NCBI GenBank assembly: GCA_951804945.1
Contig: OX638152.1
Coordinates: 48,794,001-48,858,000 of the forward strand
Length of the DNA: 64,000 nt
Direction: 5' to 3'
Source of the DNA: Podarcis cretensis
Lineage: Eukaryota
Made by a program: the position numbers and the translations under genes. Under the pieces are notes generated by a model that saw only the letters and a program-made list of their open reading frames with translations, searched no databases and had not been told where the DNA came from. Within the stretch, counting starts at the first letter, position 1. Every line of letters begins with the position of its first letter. Shown here in pieces: positions 46,905 through 59,292 of the stretch.

Positions 46905-47033
46905 CAGGTAGGTAGCCGTGTTGGTCTGATGCAGTCGAAATAATAATAATAAAAAATTGTCAAATAGCACCGTAGAGACCAACTAAGTTTGTTCTGGGTA
47001 TAAGCTTTTGTGTGCATGCACACTTCTTCAGAT
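46905..47033 (-). mobile_element. Penelope-like terminal fragment with a decayed hammerhead motif
   Basis: Homologous to 5379-5595 (GGTAGCCGTGTTGGTCTG...TAGCACC...GTGTGCATGCACACTTCTTCAGAT). On the minus strand the GAAA box reads AAAA. Confidence 0.75.
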
Positions 47034-47480
47034 TATTTCAACAATTTATATGCTGCTTAATACTGTAGTCCATAAAAGGTGTACAAGAAAAGCAACAGAG
47101 ATAGAATTAGTTTAACATTAACTGTAAAAACTTTCTTTAAATGCCTGTTGAAATCAAGTGCCTGAAGTTCAGCCTGTCTGATCTCATCCAGAAGTTCTAC
47201 AGAATTGGGCTTGCAATGCTGAACATGCAGATCCTAGTGGTTATGAGCCTTTTGTTTGAGCCAGGGTGATTACGAACAGTGACTTCCACAAAGACCTCAG
47301 TGGTCAGGCAGGGATGTAATATATCAGGTGGTCCTTGCGATATCCTAGACTCAAGTTGGTAAAAACCTTGTCAATTAATACAAGAAACTTGACCTTGGAC
47401 CAGCAGCATATGGGCAGCCAGTAGAAGCTTTTAAGCACTGGAATTATGTGCTGGCAGAATTTTGCACCCAACAGGAGCTG
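47034..47480 (-). mobile_element. Degenerate L2 3' fragment
   Basis: HIIPVLKSFYWLPICCWSKVKFLVL..LGYRKDHL aligns with L2 HIHPVLYQLHWLPVEYRIRFKVLVL..PSYLRDRL. Confidence 0.7.
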
Positions 47481-47867
47481 TAGGGTAGAAGACATTCAAA
47501 ATATTTTTAGAGAATAGAGGATTATTCGAGAAATACCCATACTGAAAGCCATCATTGTTTGGTCCTAATTGGCTGGCTGCCTTTGACAGGACCTAGGAAT
47601 TCTTCTATACCCTGATACCAATTTTGTTCCTTTTAAAAGGATTAATACCTTGATGAATGCTTAATGTAGTACTTAAACAAAAATGTTAGAGCAGGTCAAT
47701 TTGAGTAAAGCATTGAGCAAGGGAAAGATTGTGTTAATGGGATAATAGCAGCATAGGGGGGCTTCTAGCCTGGGAATGATCTATTCCCTCAATATTATGG
47801 TCTCAATCAAATCCCTTTGTGGTATCTATTCTTAAAATTTGAAAATGTTGGCAGGAGATCTTATCAT

Positions 47868-48054
47868 TGATGTTGGGAAAGATTGAGGGCACAAGGAGAA
47901 GGTGACGACAGAGGGTGAGATGGTTGGACAGTGTTCTCGAAGCTAGCAGCATGAGTTTGACCAACCTGTGGGAGGCAGTGGAAGACAGAAGTGCCTGGTT
48001 TGCTCTGGTCCATAGAGTCACAAAGAGTCGAACACGACTAAACAACAACAACAA
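47868..48054 (+). mobile_element. RTE-BovB LINE 3' fragment
   Basis: TGATGTTGGGAAAGATTGAGGGC..GAGATGGTTGGA..GGTCCATAGAGTCACAAAGAGTCGAACACGACT followed by a (CAA)n tail, the characteristic BovB 3' end. Confidence 0.85.
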
Positions 48055-48246
48055 AGCAACACACCCACTATATAAGATGAGCAGATGAGCAACACAATAC
48101 ATATTGTAACACAGAATGCTAATTAAAGAGTCCTTTAGTAGCATTAAATACTTGTCAAAATTCAGATTCTCCTAACTTTTCATGTGCTGTATTCTCATTT
48201 AAACAAATAACCCAAATGTATTAAAGATGTTCATTGGATGTCTTCA

Positions 48247-48285
48247 CTTACTTACAAACATTTTATTGCATTAGCCATGTGGCTA
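48247..48285 (-). mobile_element. 39-bp ultra-truncated LINE 3' end (RTE-X-like)
   Basis: Minus strand TAGCCACATGGCTAATGCAATAAAATGTTTGTAAGTAAG shares 23 identical nt with the 3' end of the 6692 LINE (10259-10281). Flanked by a 14-bp TSD ATTGGATGTC(T/A)TCA. Confidence 0.7.
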
Positions 48286-48356
48286 ATTGGATGTCATCAT
48301 ATGATCAAATATTTCTTTTTCACTAAAATCAATAACTCACTACTAATGCAATACAA

Positions 48357-48705
48357 GGGACGCGGGTGGCACTGTGGGTTAAACCACAGAGCCTAGGACT
48401 TGCCGATCAAACGATCGGCGGTTCGAATCCCTGTGACAGGGTGAGCTCCCATTGCTCGGTCCCTGCTCCTGCCAACCTAGCAGTTCAAAAGCACGTCAAA
48501 TGCAAGTAGATAAATAGGTACCGCTCCGGCGGGAAGGTAAACGGCGTTTCCGTGCGCTGCTCTGGTTTGCCAGAAGCGGCTTTGTCATGCTGGCCACATG
48601 ACCCGGAAGCTGTACGCTGGCTCCCTCGGCCAATAAAGCGAGATGAGCGCTGCAACCCCAGAGTCGTCTGCGACTGGACCTAATGGTCAGGGGTCCCTTT
48701 ACCTT
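48357..48705 (+). mobile_element. Sauria SINE (second subfamily)
   Basis: GGGACGCGGGTGGCACTGTGGG head, B-box and ACCTTT tail. 13-bp TSD TAATGCAATACAA at 48344-48356 and 48706-48718. Confidence 0.95.
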
Positions 48706-50107
48706 TAATGCAATACAACAAATATCTACTCAGAAGTAAGAACTACAATCTGTATCTGGGAGTACTGAACTCATTAGGACTTATTTATGAATAGATATGT
48801 ATGGGAGTATATGTACAGTGAGTGTAAAATGTATATGTTATATTTTAAATGGTTAATGTATTTTATCTGGTTAATGCTCTGAATGAAACAGAGTGACAAG
48901 AATGATTGTTGGGGAAAGGTCACAATTTCAGCTCACTTAAACGTCTGCAAATACAAGCACTTGGAGGGATCAGGTTGCTTGTCAAGAAATCTGTAGAGGG
49001 TAAAGTTCTTATAAAGTTTCTCATGCAAGTTAAGAGTAATTGGAAAGCTGACCTTTGTAACAGGGCTGCAAAAAATAGCTGCACGTTTTAGAACATGTAC
49101 ATAGTCTGCAAAGAAAAGTAAGCTGGAGAGTTTTGTGTGATACCTGAAGAATCAAATATGCAAATGGAAATAATAGGTTTCTATGTTGTATCATTATGAA
49201 ATCTAGGGTCTTATCATGATCAGACTTCATGAGGATAGTCTCTTACAAGGGTGATTCAATTCAGAAATAATAGGAAACCATATTTTCCTGAGACATGATC
49301 AGTTCTGCATGAGCCTCAGGTATACACTCCTCCTTTGTACACCACAGGAAAGTATCGTTGAAAGCATCTACTTTCAATACAAATTAACCATGGCTCCCTA
49401 TTATGTCTAATCTTAGAGAGCCATGGTTTGCTTGCACTATGGTTAATGAGAATAAGCCGGCATCAAACAATGGTTTCAGAATCTGGCTTGTTCTCAAACC
49501 ATACAGTAAACAAACCACAGTTCCCTGAGTAGCATCTATAAGCCAAAGCTGGAAAACTTTGTATGTATATGAACTGAATGTGTGATTTGTGAGTTTTAAT
49601 AAACTAGACATTTCATTTGTTTTAAAAAACACACAATGTATTGTTAAAAGAAATTCAACATAAATGCCATAGATTAGCCATCCCATGGTACTGCTGGAAC
49701 AGTGGCAGCATAAAGAGTACACATGGAAATTATTGCTAGAACATTACAATTTAAAATGTTTCAAACTACCTTACAAGTCACAGGGGATCTTGTAAAAAAT
49801 ATCTGTGTTCTAGGAAGTGGGCTAAAGTAATCTAAAATATAGTCAGATTTCCAAGTCCTTTTAACCCATACAGGTAGTAAACAAAATAGTTTCATTTTTC
49901 CTATAAGACTGAATTCTTCCCCTGATCACTGTAACTAGCACCTTTATGTATCACAATGAGGTGGGTCCTTTTCTTGCACTGGGAGAATGAGTTGGGCTAT
50001 CAAACTATTGGGTATTGATGGCCTATAATTACTGGATCTTGTCTGACACTGAAAAATAGCGCTGCTGTTCCTCAGTCTCTGGAGCACCTGCAGCTCCTAA
50101 ACAAATA

Positions 50108-50325
50108 CAGTGGTACCTTGGGTTACAGACGCTTCAGGTTACAGACTCCGTTAACCCAGAAATAGTACCTCAGGTTAAGAACTTTGTTTCAGGATGAGAA
50201 CAGAAATTGCGTGGCAGCAGCAATGGGAGGCCCCATTAGCTAAAGTGGTGTCTCAGGTTAAGAACAGTTTCAGGTTAAGAATGGACCTCCAGAACGAATT
50301 AAGTTCTTAACTTGAGGTACCACTG
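50108..50325. mobile_element. Tigger-like MITE
   Basis: TA|CAGTGGTACC ... GGTACCACTG|TA. Confidence 0.9.
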
Positions 50326-51952
50326 TAGACAAATGAAACCTCTAAACATCTGAAACAAATGACAATCCTATTATTGGTCGACTTTGTAGCTTTCAAATAG
50401 GACATGGGCAATTCTAAGCCATCAGTTACCAAAAAAGAAAAAGAAAAGCACATATCTTTCCTACACCATTGACTTGAGAAAATATATTTGAAATTGCTGT
50501 GGAAATGATTAAAAGGAGCCCTTCATTTAAAAGCTATTTCATCAGACATAGGCAAACATGATTCATCTTCTGATGCCTTTATCTTCAAATTTCATTCACT
50601 CCTGAGTAGTCTTATTAACTCCAATATAATTTTACTGGGACTAATGAAGAGTAGGGTTGTAATCCTATATCCACTTACCAGGCAGTGAATGCCATTGAAA
50701 ACTATGAGGCCTCTCTTTGAGTTGACACATCTCGGATCATACTATATGAGGAAGGACAATTGCTTCCTATCTTTGACAATAACTCAGACTGTTCAGATAT
50801 TCATTATCATGCAAGCGGGGAGTAGGCATGAGTGCACGAGCTCTGTTCCATCGCTCCCATCCCTATTACCCCCCAGCAGCAATGGGAACAGGGAAGCCTC
50901 TGGAAGAAGCACTGGTGGTGCTATTATATATGAAGAACTCGTATAACATCCAGCTCTAGCTTTTAGAACCATCTGCTGTTCTAAATTGAAAGCTTCGGTT
51001 TTTATGGGGAGAACAATATCATGACCTTACATCCTTATGCACATAAATGAGCTAAAATCAAAACTGTGTTCCTAACCATTATTTTCAGTAAGATGGAATT
51101 TACTTTTTATGTGACTGTGCGTGCCTACGGCGGTAGAAGTGTTGCCTGATCTTACACAATCTGATGCTGACTTAGAAATAAGTTCCACTGCTCAATGGGA
51201 GCTTATTCTGAAGTAAGCAACCGTAGGATTTATTGTTAATGAAATATTTTGACAACAATGTATGGTGTTACTAGACTTACACAGCACTCCTAGGCATGTT
51301 TCTTTAGAACTAAGTCCTGCTCCTTTGGTGAGCTTTACTCCCTAGTAAGAATGCATGAGATAGCATCTGTGATTTGTAAAAAAAAAATTAAAAAAAAATC
51401 CCTAGTAAAGTAGTGCTGACTAAGAAAGCATCAAAATGCTGCTGACTAAGAAAGCTTCAGTGGAGTTCCACACATAGTGCTGCAGGTTAATTGAGTAATA
51501 AACAGGTAGGCAGCATGGATATTGATCACTGACTGTTACCCTTTTAGCGAAAGTAATTTCACTTTGCACATTTTGCAAAGTATTACTATATATCATTAAG
51601 TATGTGTGTGAAATTTAGTTGTACACATTCTGATGCATGCTGCATAAAGAAACTGGCAGAGATTAAGACCAGAAGAGGCACAATATTATTATAGCCATTA
51701 TTTATTCTAGATTAATGAGAGGAAAAACAAAGCTACTTTGGTTTCAAGTGGCGTACTGAAAAATCATTCATCTTAGAGCCTAGACCATCTATTCTATTCA
51801 AAATATATTGTGGTTAGTTGGTTTATCCACTTAGAAATGAATGATTATGCCAGTATCCAGTGATATCACTTTTCATTACAGGGCAGTCTTCCAAGCTTGA
51901 CTGTATATTTTTATTTCTTCCTTTTGTTGAGTTTTTGGTTCAGTGTTTTAAG

Positions 51953-52037
51953 TTGCAATCCTAACTCCACTTGCCTGGGAGTAAACTGCATTGAATTCAA
52001 TAGCATTTACATCTCAGTAGACATGGTTAGGATTGTG
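51953..52037. repeat. Old ~85-bp palindromic interspersed repeat (representative copy)
   Basis: CAATCCTAAC...GTTAGGATTG arms around a CATTGAATTCAATAG centre. Similar decayed copies at about 10300, 20870, 21520, 32570, 48720, 50660, 51160, 51290 and 58550. Confidence 0.55.
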
Positions 52038-53730
52038 CTGTCAGCAAGAAAGTACAGTAGGCCTGCAACCTATGCACATTCAGCTTTATGTGGGTGGCCA
52101 AAATTTTTTTAAAAATCAAATGGGAGGGGAAAGGGGCAGGGTTCTTGGAAATATGACTTTGACAGTTCCACCCACCATTGAACTCAATGGGTTTTGACTA
52201 TATGCAACTCTGGCTTTAGGCTTCATCCTCAGAACATAACCTCCATGTAAGTTGCAGGCTTACTGTGTGTCCTTTGACAAAACAGGTATAGGAAGGCCTT
52301 TTTTGTGCATTTAGCCAATAGTCAACCCCCATTTCTTTGTTTGCAGGATGGGACCACAACTTGAAAGATGCTTTTCCATCCTCCGAGATTATAATTTTTT
52401 AAATATTGAATTCAGGTGATATTTCAGTGTATTGTCTATGCAAGAATATACGGTGCATCTTGACATGTTACTTCTGCTAGATGAGATTAATTAAAATTTG
52501 AAGTGAATTTCAGGGTAACATATTGTATGTCCTTCCCTTCATTTCAAAGTATGTCCGTCAGGTCATTAGCATGCACAGAACTCTGTATTAACTATGGAAA
52601 TATGTGCAAGACCTCACCATCATTCCAGTATTAAAATGGCTCCTTTGAAGGTTACATTACATCCTGCTGATCCAAACCTGGGAACATGAACTGATAAAGA
52701 CTGAGCAATTACTTCATCAAGAGCGTTAAAAGACTCTGATGTTGTGTTTTATAAGGTCTTTTACATGGAAGAATTACTCACACTTCTGCATTGCTACTAA
52801 AAAAGGAAAGGAAGAGTAATATCAGAATGATTAGCACACTAACCCTTGGGGGGATTTCACCTCTTTGCACAAATCAGATCAGATAATGGGAAGGTTTCAG
52901 ATGTAATTCTGGCTGTGCACCCACTCCTGTTTACTCATCACCCAGTGTATTCCCTCCACTTCTGGGTGGGTGGGTGTGCACAGCATTAATCACAATCTAT
53001 ACTTATTCTGTAATTATTTGGTTGTTTCTTATGAAATATTGCATTATGATGCACCCCCCCCCACCAGCTTTGGTCTCAATTGCAAGAAAGAATGACATAA
53101 CTGTGTTTTGTGCTGGTAACATGTACACAGCCTTGTTTTCATCCAGGTTCCAGTTTTCTGATACTATAGACGTTGCATTTGCAGTCTAAGTCACCCTCGG
53201 CTTATTTGACTATAAAGACATATCCTGATGTGGCATCAGTCTGTTCACATGAGCACTGCTCATAGGGCTGAAATTGCCAATCATACATTTGAAGTAGCCA
53301 TCAAGAGGAGAGTGAGTAAAGCAGGGATGGGGCAACATGGGACCCTTTAATGTTCTCAGACTTCATCTCCCACCAGCCCTGGTCCCCATTGGTCCAAAGG
53401 TCAGGGATGATGGAAGTTGAAGTCCAGCAACCTCTGGAGGGTCACCTGTTCCCTGCCCTTGCTGTTTCTGTGTTGCTGTTTCTGTGGCTGCATCAGAGGT
53501 GGGGCTGAATGCCATCTATCTGGAAATAATTGCTATTAGCTTCCTTCCCTCCCAGAATTCCGTTCATTGTGCAGCTTCATTATAGAATAGTAGCTTCATT
53601 ATAGAATAGTAGCTTGTTTTCCTTTGCCTTCCAATTCCTTTAGTGCCTTGCCTATGAAACTGGCAGCCATTCTGGCAAGGATTTGTCTATTCCACTTTTT
53701 GACCATGCTTGCTAGTGTTTCAAAAGCTTA

Positions 53731-53740
53731 ATTAATAATG

Positions 53741-53784
<44 letters not shown>
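53731..53784 (+). repeat. (AAT)n microsatellite
   Basis: About 17 units, one interruption. Confidence 0.95.
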
Positions 53785-53785
<1 letters not shown>

Positions 53786-54043
53786 TCCCACAGAAAAGAA
53801 GTAATGTGACTAAGAAGCAGGTTTCCCCACCACAGTCTGGAGATCTGCCATAAAAAATGATCTGGGGGTTCTGAAAACACATTAATTAACAGACTACTTG
53901 GCTAAAGCACCAAGGTTAATGCAATAATGGACTCCAATCTGCCATTATAACAGGCCCCTTGGACTGATCTTTGAACAAAAAAATTATTGGAATATCCAAT
54001 GCATTGATAGCTCCATCTTCTCATAGGAAGGTAAGAAGCTTGC

Positions 54044-54620
54044 TGTCACAGAGCAAGCCAGTCAATAAATTACACAGTTCAAGCTGGAGTTAACTCTTTA
54101 TTAGCAAAACATGATTTTCACAGTCTTGGCATAGTTTCAGGCCTAATGAACACAGCAGCTCTGCCCTGTAGGTCCTACTCCATGAAATCAGTTGCCTCCC
54201 CACAGCTGTCTGTGTCTCCTCCTGTCCCGGGCTTCTTCCAAACAATCATAGATTTATCCTGTGTGCTCCCTGTCTTTGTTCCTCCCACTTCATGCCTCTC
54301 CTGGTGCTGGGAGTCAAGAGGGAGGGAAGCTTGTCATAGCAGGAGGGTGAAGCACCCATGGCTCTTCACTAGCCTGATGCATGTCTGCATCAAGACCTCC
54401 CTCCTCCCACTCGCCTGATTCATCTTCTCCCTCTGATTCTGGACATCTCTTCACCACAGGCTCTCACAACTCACTGAGCCCTGTTACCCCTTCAGCTTCT
54501 GACACCTCCTGTTCCCAGTCTTCTCCCTGCCCTACCACCAAGGCTGTGGTCTGTTCTTCTCTTGATCGTTCCCCAGCTGGTTCCTTCCACCATTCCTCTG
54601 TGTCCAACCAGTCCATGACA
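54044..54620 (-). mobile_element. Probable Gypsy-type solo LTR inserted into an older SINE
   Basis: TGTCA ... TGACA termini and a minus-strand AATAAA at about 54097. Flanks TTGC/CTGT may be a decayed 4-bp TSD. The host SINE sequence resumes on both sides. Confidence 0.6.
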
Positions 54621-54806
54621 CTGTCATATACCAAGTCAGATGATTGGTCCATCTAGTTCAGCATTGTTCACCCTGACTGGCACTGGCACAGGCACTCTTC
54701 AGGATTTGAGACAAGGGACATTCCCAACCCTATGCGGAGAGGCCAAGGACTAACCCTCTGACCTTCTGCATGTAAAGCAGATGCTCTGCTTCTGAGCTGT
54801 GGCCCT
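54621..54806 (-). mobile_element. Old tRNA-derived squamate SINE (interrupted by the LTR)
   Basis: Minus-strand head GGGCCACAGCTCAG..AGAGCATCTGCTTTACATGCAGAAGGTC. Body ..CTAGATGGACCAATCATCTGACT.. continues to CTTCCTATG at about 54022-54030. Confidence 0.6.
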
Positions 54807-55467
54807 TCTCTTCTCTTCCCCTTTGTTTTTCCCTTTTCTGGCACAGTATGTATATGGCCAGAGGCCACACTGAAACAAATGCCATTAAGTGCTCTACCAT
54901 AGCACTTTTCAAAGGATTAGGTTGCTGCTGGTAGACTTAGGGATGCCAGTGTGGGAAATTAATTCCCTTCATGTTTTACATTTTACCTTCCAAAACAACA
55001 TTGTCTTTATGAGCAAGGCTAGTATCTCAGGAAATATTGCAACTACAATATTGCACAATGTAATTGGAGACAACGTAAAGCCCCAATATGCAGTGACTCC
55101 AAGAAAAACAAATTAATTCACATTAAGGCAGTATTAGATTGATCAAAGGTGACATAAAGGGGGAAACACATTTAAAAATGGAAGCTAGGAGGGAATGTTT
55201 TTTATTAAGACAAATGAGGGCACTGCAGTTACAAAATGCAATTCTCAAACAGAAAGTTTCTGGTCAACATTTGAACCTGGGGCAGCTTCACTGGTGTCAA
55301 CTCATTTACACCATTATTTGGGCACAACATTGTTGCTCTAGAAGATGGGTGGGGAGCCAGAAATTAATTATCTAGGTAATCATCTTTTGAACACCACCAA
55401 CAATTGTATTTGGTAATAGTTTCAAATTCTCCCTGACTCATATTTAAAGGACTAACTTTCTTGACTT

Positions 55468-55773
55468 AGAAGAAGAAGAAGAAGAAGAAGAAGAAGAAGA
55501 AGAAGAAGAGGAGGAGGAGGAGGAGGAGGAGTAGTAGTAGTAGTTTGGATTTGATATCCCACCTTTCACTCCCTTTAAGGAGTCTCAAAGCGGCTAACAT
55601 TCTCCTTTCCCTTCCTCCCCCACAACAAACACTCTGTGAGGTGAGTGGGGCTGAGAGACTTCAGAGAAGTGTGACTGGCCCAAGGTCACCCAGCAGCTAC
55701 ATGTGGAGGAGCGGAGACGTGAACCCGGTTCCCCAGATTACGAGACTACCGCTCTTAACCACTACACCACACT
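55468..55773 (-). mobile_element. CORE/MIR-like squamate SINE (Squam3-like) with compound (GAA)(GAG)(TAG) tail
   Basis: Homologous to 10627-10907. Head TGGTGTAGTGGTTAAGAGCGGTAG..GGGTTCACGTCTCC. Confidence 0.8.
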
Positions 55774-56203
55774 TGTTGTCCTAGCAGAGAATAAAAGAGA
55801 TGGGGTGTGCGCAGAATGATAGTTGCTATTACACACACACACACTTGTCTGAGCAGTTAGATGCTCCAAGAGTGCAACATGAAGTTGAGTTTGGTTTCCT
55901 TTGGAAGGAAATCACTGGAGGTCTATTGGTGTTTTGTAACATTTGTAAGTATACAGGTATAGCATGTGTGAAGGCACCACTTAAACACTCTAACAAAGAG
56001 CCAAAGTCCGCTGCTCCCACATCAGTTCATCAGAGGGACAGTCAGAATCCCAAGATGCTTACAGAAACCAAACTCAGCTGTATGGAACAGTTTGCATGCC
56101 ATAGTGGATGCCGTTTACAGGGCTTAGTGCAAACGCAGGCTCTCAGAGAGAAGATTGTAGACACTTTGCATCTCCTCTGTTCCCACTGTTACTGCACTAC
56201 CAG

Positions 56204-56387
56204 GTGCTAAGCCATGGTTTGGTATGCCATCTAAATTATGAGTTGTGGTTTGTCTCCTCCAGACAGACAAGCCACAAGATGTCAACCAATAACAAATATG
56301 AGCTACAGTTCATTGTTTTTCTGGAGTAAGACAAACTATAAGCCCACATTTGTAGACAACATGCTAAGCCAAACCATGGCTTAGCAC
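56204..56387. repeat. Palindromic MITE-like repeat
   Basis: Perfect 19-bp inverted repeat GTGCTAAGCCATGGTTTGG / CCAAACCATGGCTTAGCAC enclosing a second IR (GTTTGTCT..CTCCAGA / TCTGGAG..AGACAAAC). Confidence 0.65.
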
Positions 56388-59091
56388 AGCAGCAGCAAGA
56401 TCAGAGGAGGAGCAAAGTGGACAGACTACAGAAACCAGCGTGCTCATTTTAAGTAATGGTTTGGTTTAATGTTAGGTGCAAACCAGGTCACTGGCTATTC
56501 CATTATCAGCCTCACTCAAACTGCAGTTGTTGTTTTTTAATACAGAGAAAGCCTCGCTCTTCCCCACTTGGGACTTCAGATAGATCAGCTCTTCTGACCA
56601 TCACCTAGCCTTCTGAGCTCCCATGAAGACACATCAGCAGAACATCATGAGTTATCAACAGCAGGCTTTTGTCAAGTCCTCAGGGCAATCCCAATTGATG
56701 CACCCATTTACAATAACCCTGCACACTCCACGCTGACCATCCTATGTTGGAAGAGGTGGCAGATCCAGGCCCCTGAGGAACACACTGTTGCTGCCTCCTG
56801 CACTTGTTGCCTGCAGGACGAATGGAGCCACTGATGCCACCCCCTGCTCCTCTCCGGCCTACTCTTTTCTCCTTCACTGCCTTCAGCATGCTGGGGTTCC
56901 CTGGGCAGCCTCCAGTCACCTCAGGTGGCAGAGGAGGAAAAGGCAGTGGCGAAGAAGCATTTTCTATGTTGCCTCAAGCAGCAAAATGTATTGGGCTGGT
57001 CTTGATGCAGGGAGCCTACTTGTGTAGGAATGCATGAAGAATAAAGGACGTCAGGGGGATGTAATAGTTGGGGGTGGGCTTCACATGCATGGCCTGGTCC
57101 CATGTGAAGAGAGAACAACTGGAGCCTTAGGAATTGGTTGGAATAAATATTCTATATGAATAAATCTTGTATAATTGGTATGTCTTTGTAACATTTCTGT
57201 TAATACCTAATAATTATTTGGAGTTTGGTAATCCAAAATGGAGTCTTTCAGATTGCCCATCATAATAAACTGTATACACCATCATGTTTTGTATGCTTTC
57301 CACTGCCTACAGTTTTGCACATCCCTTGGTGTTCCAGATAGACAGGATGGAGGAATTCTACCATATTAAAATTCAGTCCACATTTTCACAGATGCCTTTG
57401 TCTTTTGCTACACTGAATCTGGCTGGAAGCTGTTCAGAGGTAGAATTGATATACAAGCCTGAGGGGAAAGTAAGCTTTGTGCTAGTGGCAGAAATTTCAA
57501 TTTTTGCTTGGATTCACAAATTGAAAATGAGAGCCTTTGCTCCCCACTTTCAGCAGAAATAAATCTTCCTAAACTGAACGGCTCTCTGTTTTTAGACTTC
57601 AGCGGAAAGTCAACCTATTCAAGTATGCTGTTTGCCCCACTCTTCCTTGTTAAACATTTAGATCCCTTTCATCTTCTTTTTTCCTTTTTTTTAAAAAAAA
57701 GAAGAATTCTCTTTGAAACCTCACATTTACTTTACAATGATCATGACAACCAAGGAAGCTATAAGTGATGTTGAATGGAAAGGAGCTTACATCGATGGCA
57801 ACAGTAAATAATTGCACACGGCCATATAGCGGATCCTAAAAGCAGTTAGACAGTGACAGATTTATAGGTATGTGTAGTTATGCAGAATTAGGGGGCCCCT
57901 GCATCTGAGCACCCACCCCAGTTATTGGTACACATTGTTAAATGAAAGTATGCCTTTGAAATGTGACTACAAGCAATCATTAGTGGCCAGTGGGGCGGCG
58001 GGGGGGGGGGGCACCACTGCCCTCCTGCCTTCCAAACACAGCATGCTGCTGGCACTTAATGGAGGGGGGGTCAGGGTGATGCCAGGGGAGCTCAGTGCTG
58101 TGCAGCGCAATGGAGCCGATCCACTGGTGTTGCAGTTAACTTGACTGCACAATGCCAAGCTCCTGTTGCTTCGCCCTTCTCCTCTTCTTCCAGTAAGTGC
58201 CAGTGACATGCTGTGTTTGGAAGATGGAGAGCAGCACTGCCCTTCTTCCAGAAGCCGCTATTTCAAACAACGAATTACCATTGTTGGATTCTAGTATTTT
58301 AGTATGTTGCACTGTTTCCGGTCTCTCACAGTAAAAAAGCGAATAAGTATTGTAATATCTTATGCCTAAGAACTTTATCGGATGCATGCTCACAAAAGCC
58401 ACAATGAGTGGCTGTAAATTCATATGCTGACATATTTGCTTCAGCAGATGAAAACGGTTGCTCCTCTGTGATCGCTCTCAAAGTATATTAGCTCTTCTCC
58501 TCTGCATAGGCATAAAACATGTTTATGATGCGAGCTATACAGCGTCTATTCATAAGCAAGTTCTGTTAAATTCAGCAGTACATGCTCCCAGCTAGGTGTG
58601 TACAGGATTGTAACCTAAATCATATCTGTAAAACCAAAACTTAAGCTTCTGATCACCTTGGCACAAAGTCCATTCAAGCAATCCCCCTGCACATCTCAAA
58701 GCAAACCAATCTATTTTTGTTTCAGCATATTCTGTTTGCCGTATGTTTTTATTCTTGCGTTACCAATGTGTTGTGTATAAACCGGTTGTGTAAAATGTTT
58801 AGCTGTCAAAAGCACAGTGGTGGGCAAAGCTGAAGTAGTGCCACTCCATTTAGTAACAAGGAGAGGGCGGAGGCGTGAGAGAGACAGAGAATGTGATATT
58901 TGGAGGTTTAGCACACCTTAGTGGACACAGCTAGTATTGCTGTGCATTTTTCCTTTTTTAAAAAGAAAAAGCAATCCAAACAAAGGCAACTACCATTGTC
59001 TTAGAATTTCTAGATAGTTGTACAGTTGTTAATAATTTGAATTAGTTTTATTTCTTTTTACATGAACGCAACTGAAATCCACATGATTTCT

Positions 59092-59292
59092 TTCAGGTTA
59101 CACACTCTGCTAATCCAGAAATAATGCTTCAGGTTAAGAATTTTGATTCAGGATAAAAACAGAAATTGTGCTCCGGTGGCGCGGTGGCAGTGGGAGGCCC
59201 CATTAGCTAAAGTGGTGCTTCAGGTTAAGAACAGTTTCAGGTTAAGAACAGACCTCCGGAACGAATTAAGTACTTAACCAGAGGTACCACTG
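59092..59292. mobile_element. Tigger-like MITE, left end missing
   Basis: Same body as 4115 and 50108. Right TIR GAGGTACCACTG|TA. Confidence 0.8.

Noticed and set aside
52348-52416. Possible small exon (tttctttgtttgcag|GATGGGA...CAG|gtgata)
   Set aside because: Good acceptor but weak donor, and the peptide is unrecognised. Insufficient support.
53458-53615. 14-bp and 19-bp tandem duplications
   Set aside because: Ordinary slippage duplications with no further structure.
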